Shown in pieces: positions 10,474 to 22,569 of a stretch of 64,000 nucleotides of DNA. The DNA is taken from assembly GCA_010093605.1 (NCBI GenBank), contig MU004197.1, positions 806,001 through 870,000 on the forward strand, written 5' to 3'. Within the stretch, counting starts at the first letter, position 1. The number at the start of each line of letters is the position of its first letter. The position numbers were made by a program, and so were the translations under genes. Under the pieces are notes generated by a model, which saw nothing but the letters and a program-made list of their open reading frames with translations, was not told the DNA's origin and ran no database searches. The stretch is from Lophium mytilinum. Its lineage: Eukaryota.

Positions 10474-11367
10474 TCATGAGACCGGCATAAGCTTGATGCT
10501 ATCAACCCAAATCTCCTTCGTTCCCGTATTAGCCTGGGCTACATTGCTGAACTGGATTTGAAGAACACCATAGGTAGATGTGAGTTCCGTAGCCGGGATA
10601 ACAATATTCTGATCCGCCGTAAACGTCGTCCAATCAGAAGAAGCAACATTCTTCGAATACATGATAACGTTGTAGCCCTTAGTACCGATGTCCACCGTCG
10701 CCGAGACGTAGAAAGCCAGCGCAGTCGATGCGGCCGAGTTGCGGCGAGCAGCTAGCGAGAGGCGGTATGTGGTGCCCGGGCAGACGGAAATGCCTTGGGT
10801 GATGTATGAGATGGCATTCGCGTCCGTTTGCTGCACGCTGATGACATAGTTGCCGTCGGCGGGACCGGGCGCAACGGTTCCGCCTCCTGCGCCGGGGCCC
10901 TTGAGCACGGTGTTGTCAGAGGAGCGGCCGGGGACGACGATCCAAGGAGCCAGGTAGCCGCAGCACTGGTTTTCGAAGTCGCCGTTGACAACGGCGTTGG
11001 CGGTGTGATTGCAGGTGGAGGAGGGCTGCACAATCTTGCCATCACAGGTGCCAGTTTCTATGCCAGTGATGCCGCCGACGGTGCCTTGCTTAAGGTAGCA
11101 TGTGCCCCCTGAGGTGTAGGATACGTCGGTGCAACCAGTGGTTGTCGCACAGCTGGTCATGCAGTCGATGAATGAGCCACCGAAGAGAGGATCGCCGAGG
11201 TTATTGTTGGATCGGAGTGCGTCCGCTTCGACGGCGAACAGCTTGCCGCCGGCCGTATAGGTGCTGCCACTGTCGATGCCGGCGCAGTTGGTAGCGCGTT
11301 TCGCAACAGAAAGAGCTGTGATGGGGGCAAGGAGCTGCGCAATGGCAAGAGACAATAAGATTAACAT
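10474..11367 (-). CDS. Secreted Cys-containing protein: PAN/apple-like domain plus CBM4/9-like beta-sandwich
   Basis: Signal peptide MLILLSLAIAQLLAPITA and a KR processing site. Apple-like CMTSCATTTGCTDVSY...CYLK. VVNGDFE...QGISVCPGTTYRLS...IWVDSIKL is typical of CBM4/9-like folds. Confidence 0.65.
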   Translation of the reverse strand: MLILLSLAIAQLLAPITALSVAKRATNCAGIDSGSTYTAGGKLFAVEADALRSNNNLGDPLFGGSFIDCMTSCATTTGCTDVSYTSGGTCYLKQGTVGGITGIETGTCDGKIVQPSSTCNHTANAVVNGDFENQCCGYLAPWIVVPGRSSDNTVLKGPGAGGGTVAPGPADGNYVISVQQTDANAISYITQGISVCPGTTYRLSLAARRNSAASTALAFYVSATVDIGTKGYNVIMYSKNVASSDWTTFTADQNIVIPATELTSTYGVLQIQFSNVAQANTGTKEIWVDSIKLMPVS

Positions 11368-12127
11368 CGTATCAGATTTGTCCGAGTGAAAGAAAATAAG
11401 TAGCGAAAAGGATAAATAAGACGAAGAGAAACAGGAACTGTAGATACTAATGATAAGGAGAAGCACTCTTGTTCATGGGCGAAGGCCACTATTTAAACAT
11501 TCGCAGGCCGGTTCGACCGGACATGGGCTACAAGGAAAGCAACCAAAGATTCCTTCTTTAGTGTTGACGGCGCCACATGAATCGATAATTTCGGCTTCAT
11601 CCTCGCAAGTGCCCTTATAGGCCTGGCTGATACTGGTGCATTTTTCTAGAAGAAGACGACGGACGAGTCTCGGAAGGATCGGCACTCTTATTGACAATGG
11701 AGGAAGCACGGATCCGGCGTACTTTCATAGCAGTACCCCTATACCAAGGCGCCTCGCCAGGACTATCGTGAGTTTAGTGTAAGCCACCTGCGCTAAAAGC
11801 CGGCAGTGGCTGACTGAGAACGCCTCCCTCTGTTGTACTTTTTCCGCAGGAGATGTAATCTTGACTAATTTGATTATCGCGTTCAATTCACGCTATCGAG
11901 ATTGTCGGTGTAGAGTTCTTAGTTGGGGGATAGAGAAGAAGTTGATTTAATCGAAAGCCGCATTAAAGGAAAGATGGGTGTTGTCGGTGTTGAAAATTTG
12001 ACGCGTCGGGATAGGCGAGTTTGTGGCGTTCAGCCAGAACGGCGTGCGGGCTGGCAGCCTCTTTAAGCTAGAAGAAGCTTGACACGGCCTGATCGAGATG
12101 CCCATGACTCCAATAGGAATTTCCATG

Positions 12128-12712
12128 CGACAATAGTCTATGATGCTGGTAAATATACCCTGTATAGTCTTTAATGCTTGCAAAACGCCACCGGGGCTGC
12201 ACTAAGCTAAAACAGCTGTAGCTTCGAGCGACCCTTGCCTATGCAGCGTTTTGCAGGCGTGCACAACTCACGTAGAGGTACCCGTGAGGTGCAAGATGGA
12301 GGAAAAGAGGGTGGGTGATGATAGAAGATAAGGGGGCAGCCCTGTGCCCGGCACGTGCTTATCTTGTTGGCAGAGCAACCACCCCTAAACATAACACTCT
12401 GCCGCCCCCTAACCCTCTTTATAGGCACACACGGAAGACATGCGACCGGGGAAACCAGCTGCTGCAAGGTGGAATTCCCCGTCCGCTTGTCGACAGCGTG
12501 TGCTTTTGACAATCACGGCTGATTCCCTTGATCACGTGGTTGCTAACCAGCTCTGCGCAGCTAAGCTGGGTGAGTTGTGCATGCTTGCAAAACGCTGCAT
12601 AGACAGGGGCGCTCGAAGCTACAGCTGTTTTAGCTTGGTGCAGCCCCGGTGGCGTTTTGCAAGCATTAAAGACTATACAGGGTATATTTACCAGCATTAT
12701 AGACTATTGTTG
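12128..12712. mobile_element. Non-autonomous Mutator-like (MULE) MITE, 585 bp
   Basis: Imperfect terminal inverted repeats of about 143 bp (12128-12271 and 12570-12712). Exact 9-bp direct repeat ATTTCCATG at 12119-12127 and 12713-12721. Confidence 0.85.
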
Positions 12713-12851
12713 ATTTCCATGCCGTCTGGGCTTTTTCAGATGCTAAAATTGTATTCCCCTACGAAGCCAGCATCAGAACCGAGCGCCAACAATGCAAAAC
12801 TCCAAATCATGCTCTGGACTCCCGATCTCCTGATCGAAGGTCTCTTTATCG

Positions 12852-13394
12852 TAGCACTCCTCGGGCTCCATTCTTGTTCTCTTGACACCACTGTAAGGGG
12901 TGCCCCAGCTAGTTATTAGCTTCATTAAAAGGTAGTCTAATTTACACTNNNNNNNNNNNNNNNNNNNNNNNNNNNNNNNNNNNNNNNNNNNNNNNNNNNN
13001 NNNNNNNNNNNNNNNNNNNNNNNNNNNNNNNNNNNNNNNNNNNNNNNNNNNNNNNNNNNNNNNNNNNNNNNNNNNNNNAAAGGTAGTCTAATTTACACTA
13101 TATTAGCCTTTATATAATATTCTCCCCATACATACTAGGTATTAAGTTCCGGGTACACAGATATAGCACTCCTTAGGCTCCGTTCTTGCTCTCTTAATAC
13201 CACTATAAGGGGTGCCCCAGCTAGTTATTAGCTTTATTAAAAGGTAGTCTAATTTACACTGTGTTGGCTTTTACATCGTATTCTCCCTATGCAGTACTGG
13301 GTCTTAAGCTCCGGGCACACGGATATAGCACTCCTCAGGCTCCGTTCTTGCTCACTTGACACCACTGTAAGGGGTGCCCCAGCTACTTATTAGC
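12852..13394 (+). repeat. Tandem repeat with a ~161-162 bp unit, at least 3 copies, spanning an assembly gap
   Basis: TAGCACTCC...AGGGGTGCCCCAGCTA recurs at ~12852, ~13164 and ~13326. AAGGTAGTCTAATTTACACT recurs at ~12929, 13080 and 13241. Confidence 0.85.
12949..13078. other. Assembly gap (130 N)
   Basis: Run of N. Confidence 1.
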
Positions 13395-13396
13395 AA

Positions 13397-13779
13397 CAGG
13401 TCATTGAGAACGCAGACCAAGGCATATAGTAGGACTGCTGCAGATGCAACGACCGGCTCCTCATCCCCAAAGCCATCAGCCGGCCCGAAGGCGATTTCGA
13501 CTTCTGCCCCAAGGCATAGACTGTCCGGGCCACAAGGAGTTGAGCCCCAGGGAAGGCGTCCAACTTAGAGATGATGAGGGCAATCTCGAGAAAGACAAGC
13601 AGTACGTCGTGGGGCTCATTGGAAGGCCTAGATGCTGCCGTTCAGTGGCCCACCGACACGACCTAACTCCTGACATGATGGCGTTGACGAGGTGCTAGTA
13701 TGAGCCGGGGACAAAGGAAGGCCAGGACCTTAGAAAGAAATTCAGGAAATGGTTGGCTAAGCAGAAGCCGAAAGACTGA
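13397..13779 (+). pseudogene. Possible degraded coding remnant
   Basis: Protein-like frames (DCCRCNDRLLIP...; ...LTRC*YEPGTKEGQDLRKKFRKWLAKQKPKD) are broken by TAG stops next to the mutated repeat. Confidence 0.3.
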
Positions 13780-13826
13780 CCCTCCTAAGCCCTTCTTTCT
13801 TGGCCTTTGGGATATTAATTTCTCTA

Positions 13827-13933
13827 GATGTTGATTAGGTATCTTTTCTTTCCTAATATATGGCTTTCTGGATTCTTTGGATGTTGATTAGGTATCTCTT
13901 TTTCCATAATTTATGGCTTTCTAGATCCCTTGG
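13827..13933 (+). repeat. Two-copy 53-bp tandem repeat
   Basis: GATGTTGATTAGGTATCT...ATGGCTTTCT at 13827 and 13880. Confidence 0.75.
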
Positions 13934-14353
13934 TCAGACCGTAGTTGCTCGGAGGTGCTAGACGCCTTAGATTTCCTTTGTTAGTTAGTAGTGCTTTCTT
14001 TTTTTCGGCTACGTTTGGAAGAACGGAAAAGACTACGCATCTCTATCACAGTATTCCGCTGTGTAAAGCTACTGTTTTAAAAAGATACGATATCTCATAG
14101 ATCTGAGAAACAATTGAATGTATATCATCGTGCTGGCAAGTGCCCCAATGGTGCCCATTGTTTTATTAGAAATAGAGCCAAGCAGACCCCTACGACTACA
14201 CGTGGAAAGAAAGTACAACCTAAAGAGGCGTACTACTATCCCTAGCCGAAGCAAGAGAAGTTGAGAAGAAAAGAAGTCGAAAACAATAATACTAGTAGAT
14301 GGGCGGCTCATACAAAATCTTCATATCTCCGCCTCACATCCTTCACAACTAAT

Positions 14354-16184
14354 CTACGCAACACCTTCGTTAACGCTTGTACTCTCCCCCTCCTCTACCG
14401 CTTCCACATGGTTGCAAAACCACTGGTAGAAGGCTCCTTGCTCAATCTGCGTCGCCGTTCCGTTCGCGCCAAATGCCAAGACGTCGTCACTGCCCATGCC
14501 GTAGTGATTGAGCGGCCAGCCCATCTTAGGAAGGTTGGTGGCAGCATTGCTGGGGTCGGCGGCGAAGGCGAGGAGAAGGTCTTGCAAGGTGTTGGCGATC
14601 TGAATTTCCAAAGCCGTGGAGGGACCGAATAGGGAGAGCGTGTCGAAGTACACTGGCATGTTGGCTGTACGAAGTCTTGTCAGTACAGTTCTAATGGATA
14701 GAGGCAAGGTGGCAATGGGAGGCTTACATTGATGGTATGCACCCATCCACGGTAGGGGTGAAAGATTCGTAAAGTTGCCGGCCCACTCAAAGCGCCACGT
14801 AGCAACCCGCTCGTGATTGCGGAGTCTGTGATGATAATCAGCAAGGCGATTCGCCAAATGTATGATACCGAGTGCGAGGATAGACTGACTTGCTCATATC
14901 GCGCTGCGGGCACATGATACCAGCAAGGGTATCGATTTCCACCAAAGTCTGGTTGGGAGGCGCCGCGGTGGTGGTGCTATCAATAAGGGACTCGGCTTCG
15001 TTGCGGTTTGAGCCATAGATGGCTGGCTGTGAGGTACGGTATCAACTAGTGTTCGGCATACGCCAACGGCAACATGGACTTACAAGAGGTGCAAACTGCT
15101 TCGCAAGGGTGCGCTCAGTGTAGTTGGAGAAGTAGGTAATGTTGTCGGCAATTGGCTGGAAGTTCAAGCGAGTGTCTCTCGTTGCGCCAAAGCCTTTCAA
15201 CGCGGTCTCAATATCCTGCCATGATACACTGCGCATACAGGCGAGTTCGGCTGCAGGAGTCGTAGTTGTGCAGTTCAGCTTCTTCGCGAGGGAAGTGAAG
15301 TTGGAGCCGCTGTAATCTTGGGATCCCGAGGGAGTCATGGCGGAGCCGGAAGTAAGGATGATTCCCTTGGCAATTGGGTCTTCGGGATAGGCATAAGGCA
15401 TATAGTCGATGCTTTCGGCTCCAGCGGAATGGCCCAGCAGGGTAATTTTCTCAGCGTCACCTCCAAAGGCGGCAATGTTATCGCGCACCCACTCTACTGC
15501 AAGACGTTGGTCGAGCAAACCGGGATTCTGCTGTGACAGGGCGGGAGTGTCTGGGAAACCGAAGACGTTGACGCGCTACATTGATTAGCACACACATAAT
15601 GCCACAAACAGGTGCTCAAACAAGAACCATCAGGATGGTGATTAGAGGCTTGCAGAACTTACGTAGTTGATCTTGACCATGATGAAGTCCTGTTTCTTCT
15701 CAAGTAGAAACTTTGGGTCCGTATCCGGGACGTCGATCCCGCCGATGGTGAAGCCGCCTCCAAAGATCCAGACTATAACTGGCAACGGCTTTTTCGGTAG
15801 AGGCCCCGTAGGCTTGTAGACGCAGAGATACAGGCAGTCTTCACTAAAGTTCTCAACAGTGTTGTATTGAGGTAAATGAATGGAGAAGTAGTTTGGGGTC
15901 TGATCGAATTGAGGGCAAGACGGCGGAACCTCAGTCGCGTTGATGTAGTCATGATGGTATGGCTTTTGAGGGGGTGCAAATCGCAGGTCTCCCACAGGCG
16001 GCAGGGCGAAAGGGATGCTGCAGTATTGCTCGACGTGTGGGAAAGAACTGTTGATTGTTCCGTAAATTTCAGTAGAGCCGGCCTTGACCATAGGTTTATC
16101 CGGAGGGCATGATGGGCCTGGCAAAGCGGTGGCAGTCTGGCTGAGAGCCAAGACGAAGGAAGAAAGGAGAACTCGCGAAATCAT
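14354..16184 (-). CDS. Secreted type-B carboxylesterase / lipase (multi-exon)
   Basis: Signal peptide MISRVLLSSFVLALSQTATA; motifs IPFALPPVGDLRFAPP, SEDCLYL, VWIFGGGF, FGGDAEKITLLGHSAG (nucleophile Ser) and WMGAYH. About 4 introns. Confidence 0.9.
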
Positions 16185-17393
16185 CTTGAAAGTAGGTATC
16201 GATGTGCTTCGGGGAATTGGATGGCTGCGAAAGAGCTGGCAACCGATCTTCTTATATGGTGAGCCTGGCAAGGTTGAGGTTCGTGAGATTGTCCGAAAGT
16301 AGCTCAGAGTGCGCGACTCTTCGCTATAAGGATCTTATCAGAGCCACAGGCTCCAATATGAGACGGCTCCCTCCTTGTGGAAATTGGACAGTTATGTCAT
16401 TGTGGGAGTCGCCGTCAGCCTCAGCCTAGCTTTTGCTGCGTTCTATGATCGAAACGTTTAGCGGCACGGTAAAGAGCAACCGTTGACGAGATTTTGAGCC
16501 CCAAAATTAGCAGCAGCAAATTCAGGGACAACGCATGCTGATCGAAAAGGCATAGCAGGCATAGAATGGCTGGAATACAGTTCGAATGTGGAAATGATGA
16601 TGAGGTATGATGTGTAAAGAGAGGCGTGGACACTGCGCCGCGAGCTACTTCCGTCTGGCGTGCATAAGGGCGAGAAGGGCTCATGAGAAGATTGGGGGGC
16701 AGAGACTGAGGTCAACTTAGTGCCTTACCTTTTACCAAGGAACCATGTGCCCTCGTAGGTTTTGCTATATTCGGCTAAGCGCGAGATCGGCCCGCGATGA
16801 ATCGATCCGTCGGCGCGGACGACCATCATCTCTGATTGGCTGTCCTGTCGTTCAATGCTCACAACTACTCTGCCTCCGCTAAAGGCTTCATTGTTCCGAA
16901 ACCGGGGAAGAGCAGACGCCGTCTCGTTAGTATGCACACGATTTGTTGGCGACGTCAAGAAGTGGACTTAATCCGTGGGGTAGATTCTAGTTGCCTAGTT
17001 GAAAGTCAACGGTTTCTAGTGGGCACTAAATCTGAGAGTACGCCGCAATAGCGAAGCAAACGCGAGCAAACTTTAGTGAGCAGACCTAAGGGAACTTGAG
17101 TCGGAACGGAGCCGGGGCCTGTGCCGAGCTCGACAACAACGGCGTAGCGTCACGTGAGTAATGACGGTTGAGAGTGTCAGATTGGGGTCCCGTAGCAGAG
17201 TAATTGCTTTACACCTATCCTTTGGGGCTAGAGAGCAAGGAAGCTGGTTGGAAGCTGAGCCAGGGCCTCAGCTACGGCGGCACAGGACTACTTGAGCAAA
17301 CATCTAGCAGCATATGAGTTTTTTTGGCTTATAATAACATATTAGATGCACAAGAACTTAAATCCCAGTCAAGCCTTAGGGGTACATACGTTT

Positions 17394-18753
17394 CTACAAT
17401 CTGAAAATAGATCGAACTCTTGTAGCAACGCCACGATTCTTGCTGCGCGGCAACCGGCTAGCAGCACCTTTGCTCCGCACGACTCTTCTACTAACATCTG
17501 ATTTTAACAAAATGAAACTCTGGTCGTATATATATCCATTCGCATTACCACATCTCTCGAGGGCCGGTGCTACCGCAAGTTCAACTCGTCCTGGTTTTTC
17601 GAACTCCTCGTCGTCTATGTCTTCCATTTCCGAGTCGTAGAACATGTAACCATATTGCTGGTTGGCCTTACCACCAGTATATGTAACAAATCGATAGTCT
17701 GCCTGTTGCTTCTTGAACTTCAAGTCAAGTGCCACCGCAGCAGACACTATTGTTTTAAGATCTTCTTTCCCTGGACGAAGGCTCTGGGTAGCCCAAGGCC
17801 TCAACTTGCGACGAATGCGGCTCGCAAACTTGCCGATCCATTTCAAGATCGGCCCAGCATCAAAGCTTGGGCTCCATTTGCCGTTGACTTCCGGGACGAG
17901 TAGGTTTGCGGTAAGAGCTCTCCAATGGTGGTATTCTTCAGCGTCTTCCTCGTTCGTTACCCCTATCAGTGAAAATCAGTATCAGCTCATCCATTTCCAA
18001 GCCCTGGATCTTACCTTTTCGAATCGCCTCATTTAATGGGCGGAGTTTACGATCTCCTAGCTTACCAGCCCAGACGTAGCCACAGCCTTTATGGAAGCTA
18101 CTAAATATCCGGGCTTGTAACTTGCTCCATAAGTACGCTTGCACAAGGAGTGGCCGGTCCTGTGGATGCTTGAGATATGCGGCATAATTATCTGTAAGAT
18201 GGCCGAAAAGCTCTTTCGAGGAATACAATGCTGGTCGACTTTGGCGTTTTGCCGACGTTCCGCTGAAGTAGCGTTCTGACCATTGCCGTACCTCCCAGCG
18301 CAGTGTCTGCAGCTCTTCTACCAAGGCCCTGTCGTCTGGTCGGTAGTGGCCGTTTGATCGTGGCGATCCGTGCTTGGTGGTGGACATTCGAAGCTGTTGT
18401 CGAAGCTGGTCTCTTTCTCTCGTTACAGCTACGATGCGTTCCATCAGTTCGTCTTGGCTTGACCCAGGTTCGAACCTTGGTCTAGATGGCGATTTTGCTG
18501 GAACAGAGGGTGCGCCTGTCTTCGTGATGACTGGGACTCGCCCAGTCCCTGAGGACAATGACGACGACCCTGAGCCATTCAGACCCTCTTCGCCAGGCAC
18601 GTCCAATAACGGCCTGTTATTCCGCGCAGGTTTCGTCTGCCATGAAGAATGAAAGGCCTTAGGTATCAATATCTCCTCATCTGACCACTCGTTCTCGGAT
18701 TCTCGTAAAAGCGGTGGAGTTTCGGCCTCATGGACGACAAAGGGGTGCTCCAT
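17394..18753 (-). CDS. Hypothetical fungal coiled-coil protein (at least 2 exons)
   Basis: Two long ORFs joined by an intron at ~17964-18014 (GTAAGA...CTGAT..AG). Coiled-coil segment ERIVAVTRERDQLRQQL. Start uncertain. Confidence 0.65.
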
Positions 18754-19588
18754 CGAAGAGCTGAGAACTTCAGCTGAGGGACAGGATAGTTTGAGGGCGG
18801 AAATAGTCGAGTCGCGGACGTCTGTGGGCCTGTTAAACAATGAGGCATGATGTCGAGAAGCACTACCAACCTGTACTGCCCTCCGTGGTCATGTCACCTT
18901 CGGGCGCATTGCACTGGGCCAGACGGCCGAGCCGGTTCCAACTTCTCAGCTTATCTTCGGGCCCAAGGCTGAGCTGTGGTTCGCGATCCTTTGGTGCTGG
19001 CTAGTGGGGATGGGTCGCAGTGCTGTGTGAGGATTTAAACGTTGAGGGAGCAAACAGCTTGCCCACCGCAGGGCGACGCTTTCCCCATCGTGAGAAACAG
19101 AGGTGGCCAATCCTGCTCCTTGCCCTGAGCCCGTATCTAGCTGCACGAGAGATGGCGGTTATGCAGCCAGTCAAGTCAGGCCCTGGATGAGGGGGCGGTT
19201 TGCCAAGACGCGTGATGCATTAGACACCTGGGGTCCACTTGCTGCAGACCCATGCGTAGTTCGCCTGTGAAGCCTGACCCGCAGGTGTTTCGGCCTTGTT
19301 CTTCAATACGATACATGTCTAGGTTTCTATTTCGAGAGGTAAACTTTGGCTCGCAAACGATCACTACTTGTGCATTAATCTTATCAATTCGCTCACATCT
19401 GAACATATGTGTCACATGGTGCTTTCCCAGGTCAATCAGGCATATATGTTTATTCAACTCTCTTCACTGTTCTTAATAGTGACGACGAATTGATTGAAGA
19501 CGAAAAGGCCCAAGTTCGCCGTCAACGCCAGTCTCCTTGCTCGTTATATGCGGACTAGATTAGACTGCTAGCATCCTCTCTCAAAGGC

Positions 19589-20376
19589 CTAATCAAGGCT
19601 GGAAGCTAGAGCAACGATGCTGAACCGAAGATCCTCCCCCATATTCTTGATAAATCGACGAACGCCGAGCTGCAGTGCCTTTTCACTGAGGGCATCATCA
19701 TCCTCACCCAGCACTCCCCGATCTATGGGCCCCTTCCAGCCTCCCTCCAACTCCCATAGATGCCCATCGTCTCCCTTGACAAAAGCAATGAAATGCTGTC
19801 CGCAATGGTCGAAGGATGGCGGAGGAGCCGTGTCGCCCTTTTGAGCTGCGGAGGCATGGGCTGCCTCTAAAGCCTGAGAGTCATACAGGACTTCCGCTCG
19901 AGGGGTCGGCTTGAGCGGTATGGCTTCTTTGAGGATAGCCTCGAGATCAGATCCAGGCTTGATGTACTTTCGTGCTCCACCGTTGCAGACAGCATGCAGG
20001 CAGCCGATCAAGCCGCATGCATTTCCGATAGTCTGTCTGAACCATACAACGGGCTCTGCCTCTCCGGAACCATCGTAGGCAGGAATCGCCTCGTCCTCTT
20101 CCTCGCGGGTTTTGCGGTAGGCCTTGGCAGGACATATGAAAATGAGAGCATGCACAGGGCGTGGAATGAAAGCAAGTAGATCTGGCTCGTCGATGCTGTA
20201 GATGTCATAGAAGCCTAGTTTAGAAGACACGCCAAGGAGATGAACGAGGTGAGTGAAGACTTCCGGGTTGTTCTCTACCGACTAATCAGATGGTGGACTG
20301 AATACAATGCTACTTTAAACGAACCCAATGGAACGAAGTGCTTCTTGCTCGTATCGACTTTTCCTGGGTCGGCCAT
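19589..20376 (-). CDS. YUH1: Ubiquitin C-terminal hydrolase (UCH-L3/Yuh1-like); exons 20376-20325 and 20274-19589
   Basis: HFVPL-ENNPEVF after splicing intron 20275-20324; RQTIGNACG, QHFIAFVK, LWELEG. Confidence 0.88.
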
Positions 20377-20944
20377 TATGTGGATCTGAAGGATTGTGTC
20401 GTGAGGAGTGATTGTGTCGTGAGGTTGTAGTGACGCCTTGCAGGCAGCAGAGCAACGCAACAGCGGCAGCGGCCAAGCCCGGGCCCTTTAACGAGGCCCG
20501 TGTGAAAGATGAATAACCCCACCCCTCTAATATGTGAAATTTCTAGGATATTCGACTGATTAGGACTCAGATCATGCGCAACTCGTGAAATCAACGCTGC
20601 GTGCGTCTTACTAGCATAAACCTCAATGTGACCACCCGGCTAAGCAAAATCGGCATCATGAAACGAAAAGAGAAATCAACGGCGTTAACGGAAGATGTCC
20701 TGGAGCATTTGAATGGCGACAGTGTCCATTTGCCTTCGTTTTCTGGCATCCTAGGTTGGTATTTGTTTTGTGGGTGTGAGAGTTATGAGTATTGAAGTGG
20801 TGATAAAATCCTATTTTTCTCCCTGCTCTCGTTCAGGCGCTGGAGCATTTGCGCCTACGTAAAAGTACAATAAATGTTACAGTGTCTTCTAAATGCTGGG
20901 CCGAAGTTGTATGCAATGAATGGCCAGCTTCTACTGGGTCTTAT

Positions 20945-22182
20945 CTATAAGCCTATCGCGTCCCGAACAAGGGCTATTGTAGCATCGGCGCTAGCACGTG
21001 CTCTACGTGAGCCTTCTTCGTTCATTTCCGACAGCCAATGCGTGTTAGAATCATGCATGATGGTTTCGTACCTGACTCTAATACTGCTGAGATGTTCGTC
21101 AATGGAGTCAGCAACCTTGTCTTTGAAGGCACGCATCGACAAGTCTTTATAGTCGTGTGCGACCTCGTGACAAGATCGAACTTCGGTATCGTCCAGGTGA
21201 GCCAAAATCTCGATCAAATTGGACACCCCTGGCCTTTGCTGGGGGTCATATGTTATACCATCGATTGAATCAGTCAACGCAGACTTGATTTTCTTTGCGA
21301 TCTCATCTCGAGAGTCTGATATGAGGATCCTTGACTTTGGATTTTCATGCGATTTCGACATCTTTAAGTGGGGTTGTGTTAAAGACATGACTCTCTTTGC
21401 AGGTGCTGTACGTATTAGCGGGAGAGAAAATGGTTTTGGTATGCCTAGACTAACACAGTATTGTTTCTGGTGGCACAAGAACCTTGCCTGAGGTATGGTT
21501 GAAGGCATTGGCACAATTACGAGCGAATTCGAGATGCTGGCTCTGGTCCTCCCCGACGGGCACGTGTGTAGCACTAGTGATATACACAATTAGCTGTGTA
21601 TAGGTATGTACGGAGAAGATGCGCACCGGTGTACTAGAACGTCGGCCGCTTGAAGGACTGGATATGAGAAAAGACCCAGTCTAAGCTTGGCTTTGGAGGA
21701 CTCGTCGAGAGGAGACGCGTTGTCTGGTAGGGCCAATTTGCTCTAGACCAAAGTCAATCAGGGCACCCTGACAGGCAACAAGTCAAACGTACCTTCCACT
21801 GTGTCATTCTCGAGAGGTAGCCCATGGATGCAGTGCAGCTCAAGATCCACATCAATTCCGAATGCGCCGGAACAGCAGATTGACAGAAAATTATGGAGCG
21901 CTTCGGATCCAGTCCTACAGCAATCAGGGACGCAAACATCTCCTTGCGCCATTGCCGTAAGCGGGCAGGATCCTGGGCGACGGTGATAGCATGCAGGTCC
22001 ACCACGGAGTAGAGCAGTGTCGACTCTGGCGCGGCCTCATCCTGTAGTTTGACCCATTGGCGGAGGGCACCTAGATAATTCCCCAGGTGTGGTACTCCGG
22101 TCGGTTGGATGCCTGAGAACACGACCTGGCGGCGCGAAGGGGATGCGGCGATGGACAGGAGCCGCGAGGTAGGTCGGAGCAT
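20945..22182 (-). CDS. MSW1: Mitochondrial tryptophanyl-tRNA synthetase (multi-exon)
   Basis: Mitochondrial presequence, VFSGIQPTGVPHLGNYLGA, YPVLQAADVL, VPVGEDQ, KMSKS, RPGVSNL. Confidence 0.95.
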
Positions 22183-22569
22183 GGTAGTTTGCTGGAGGGT
22201 GCGTTGGGAGGACGAGCAAGACCAACGCGTATTGGTCGCCGCTCACACCACCGAGTCGCAGAATAAGCGCCTTGAAGACATGTGAAGAGAAGAAGTAGGG
22301 AGTTGCATCTTGATATGTTGAAGGCCTTAAAACAGTTTGCGATTATTTATTGTTGAGCAAAAAGAACGTACGGAAGTGGTTAGACGCAGTGACGGCTCAG
22401 GCTTCGTCATTGCATTTCACGATCCACCCACCACAGCCACTTTGCGTTGCCCTTTTCACTCTGTACAACCTCCGCTACTGCTATCCAACCCTCGTCTATT
22501 ACCACAACCTCACCATCTACTGCCCTTCCGTCGAATACACACTCTCGCACCCCACAACGACCCGCCAAC

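Noticed and set aside
12207..12919. ORFs within the Mutator-like element
   Set aside because: No transposase motifs; they arise from the inverted-repeat sequence.
12852..13394. CRISPR-like array
   Set aside because: Eukaryotic context, and the units repeat along their full length with no unique spacers.
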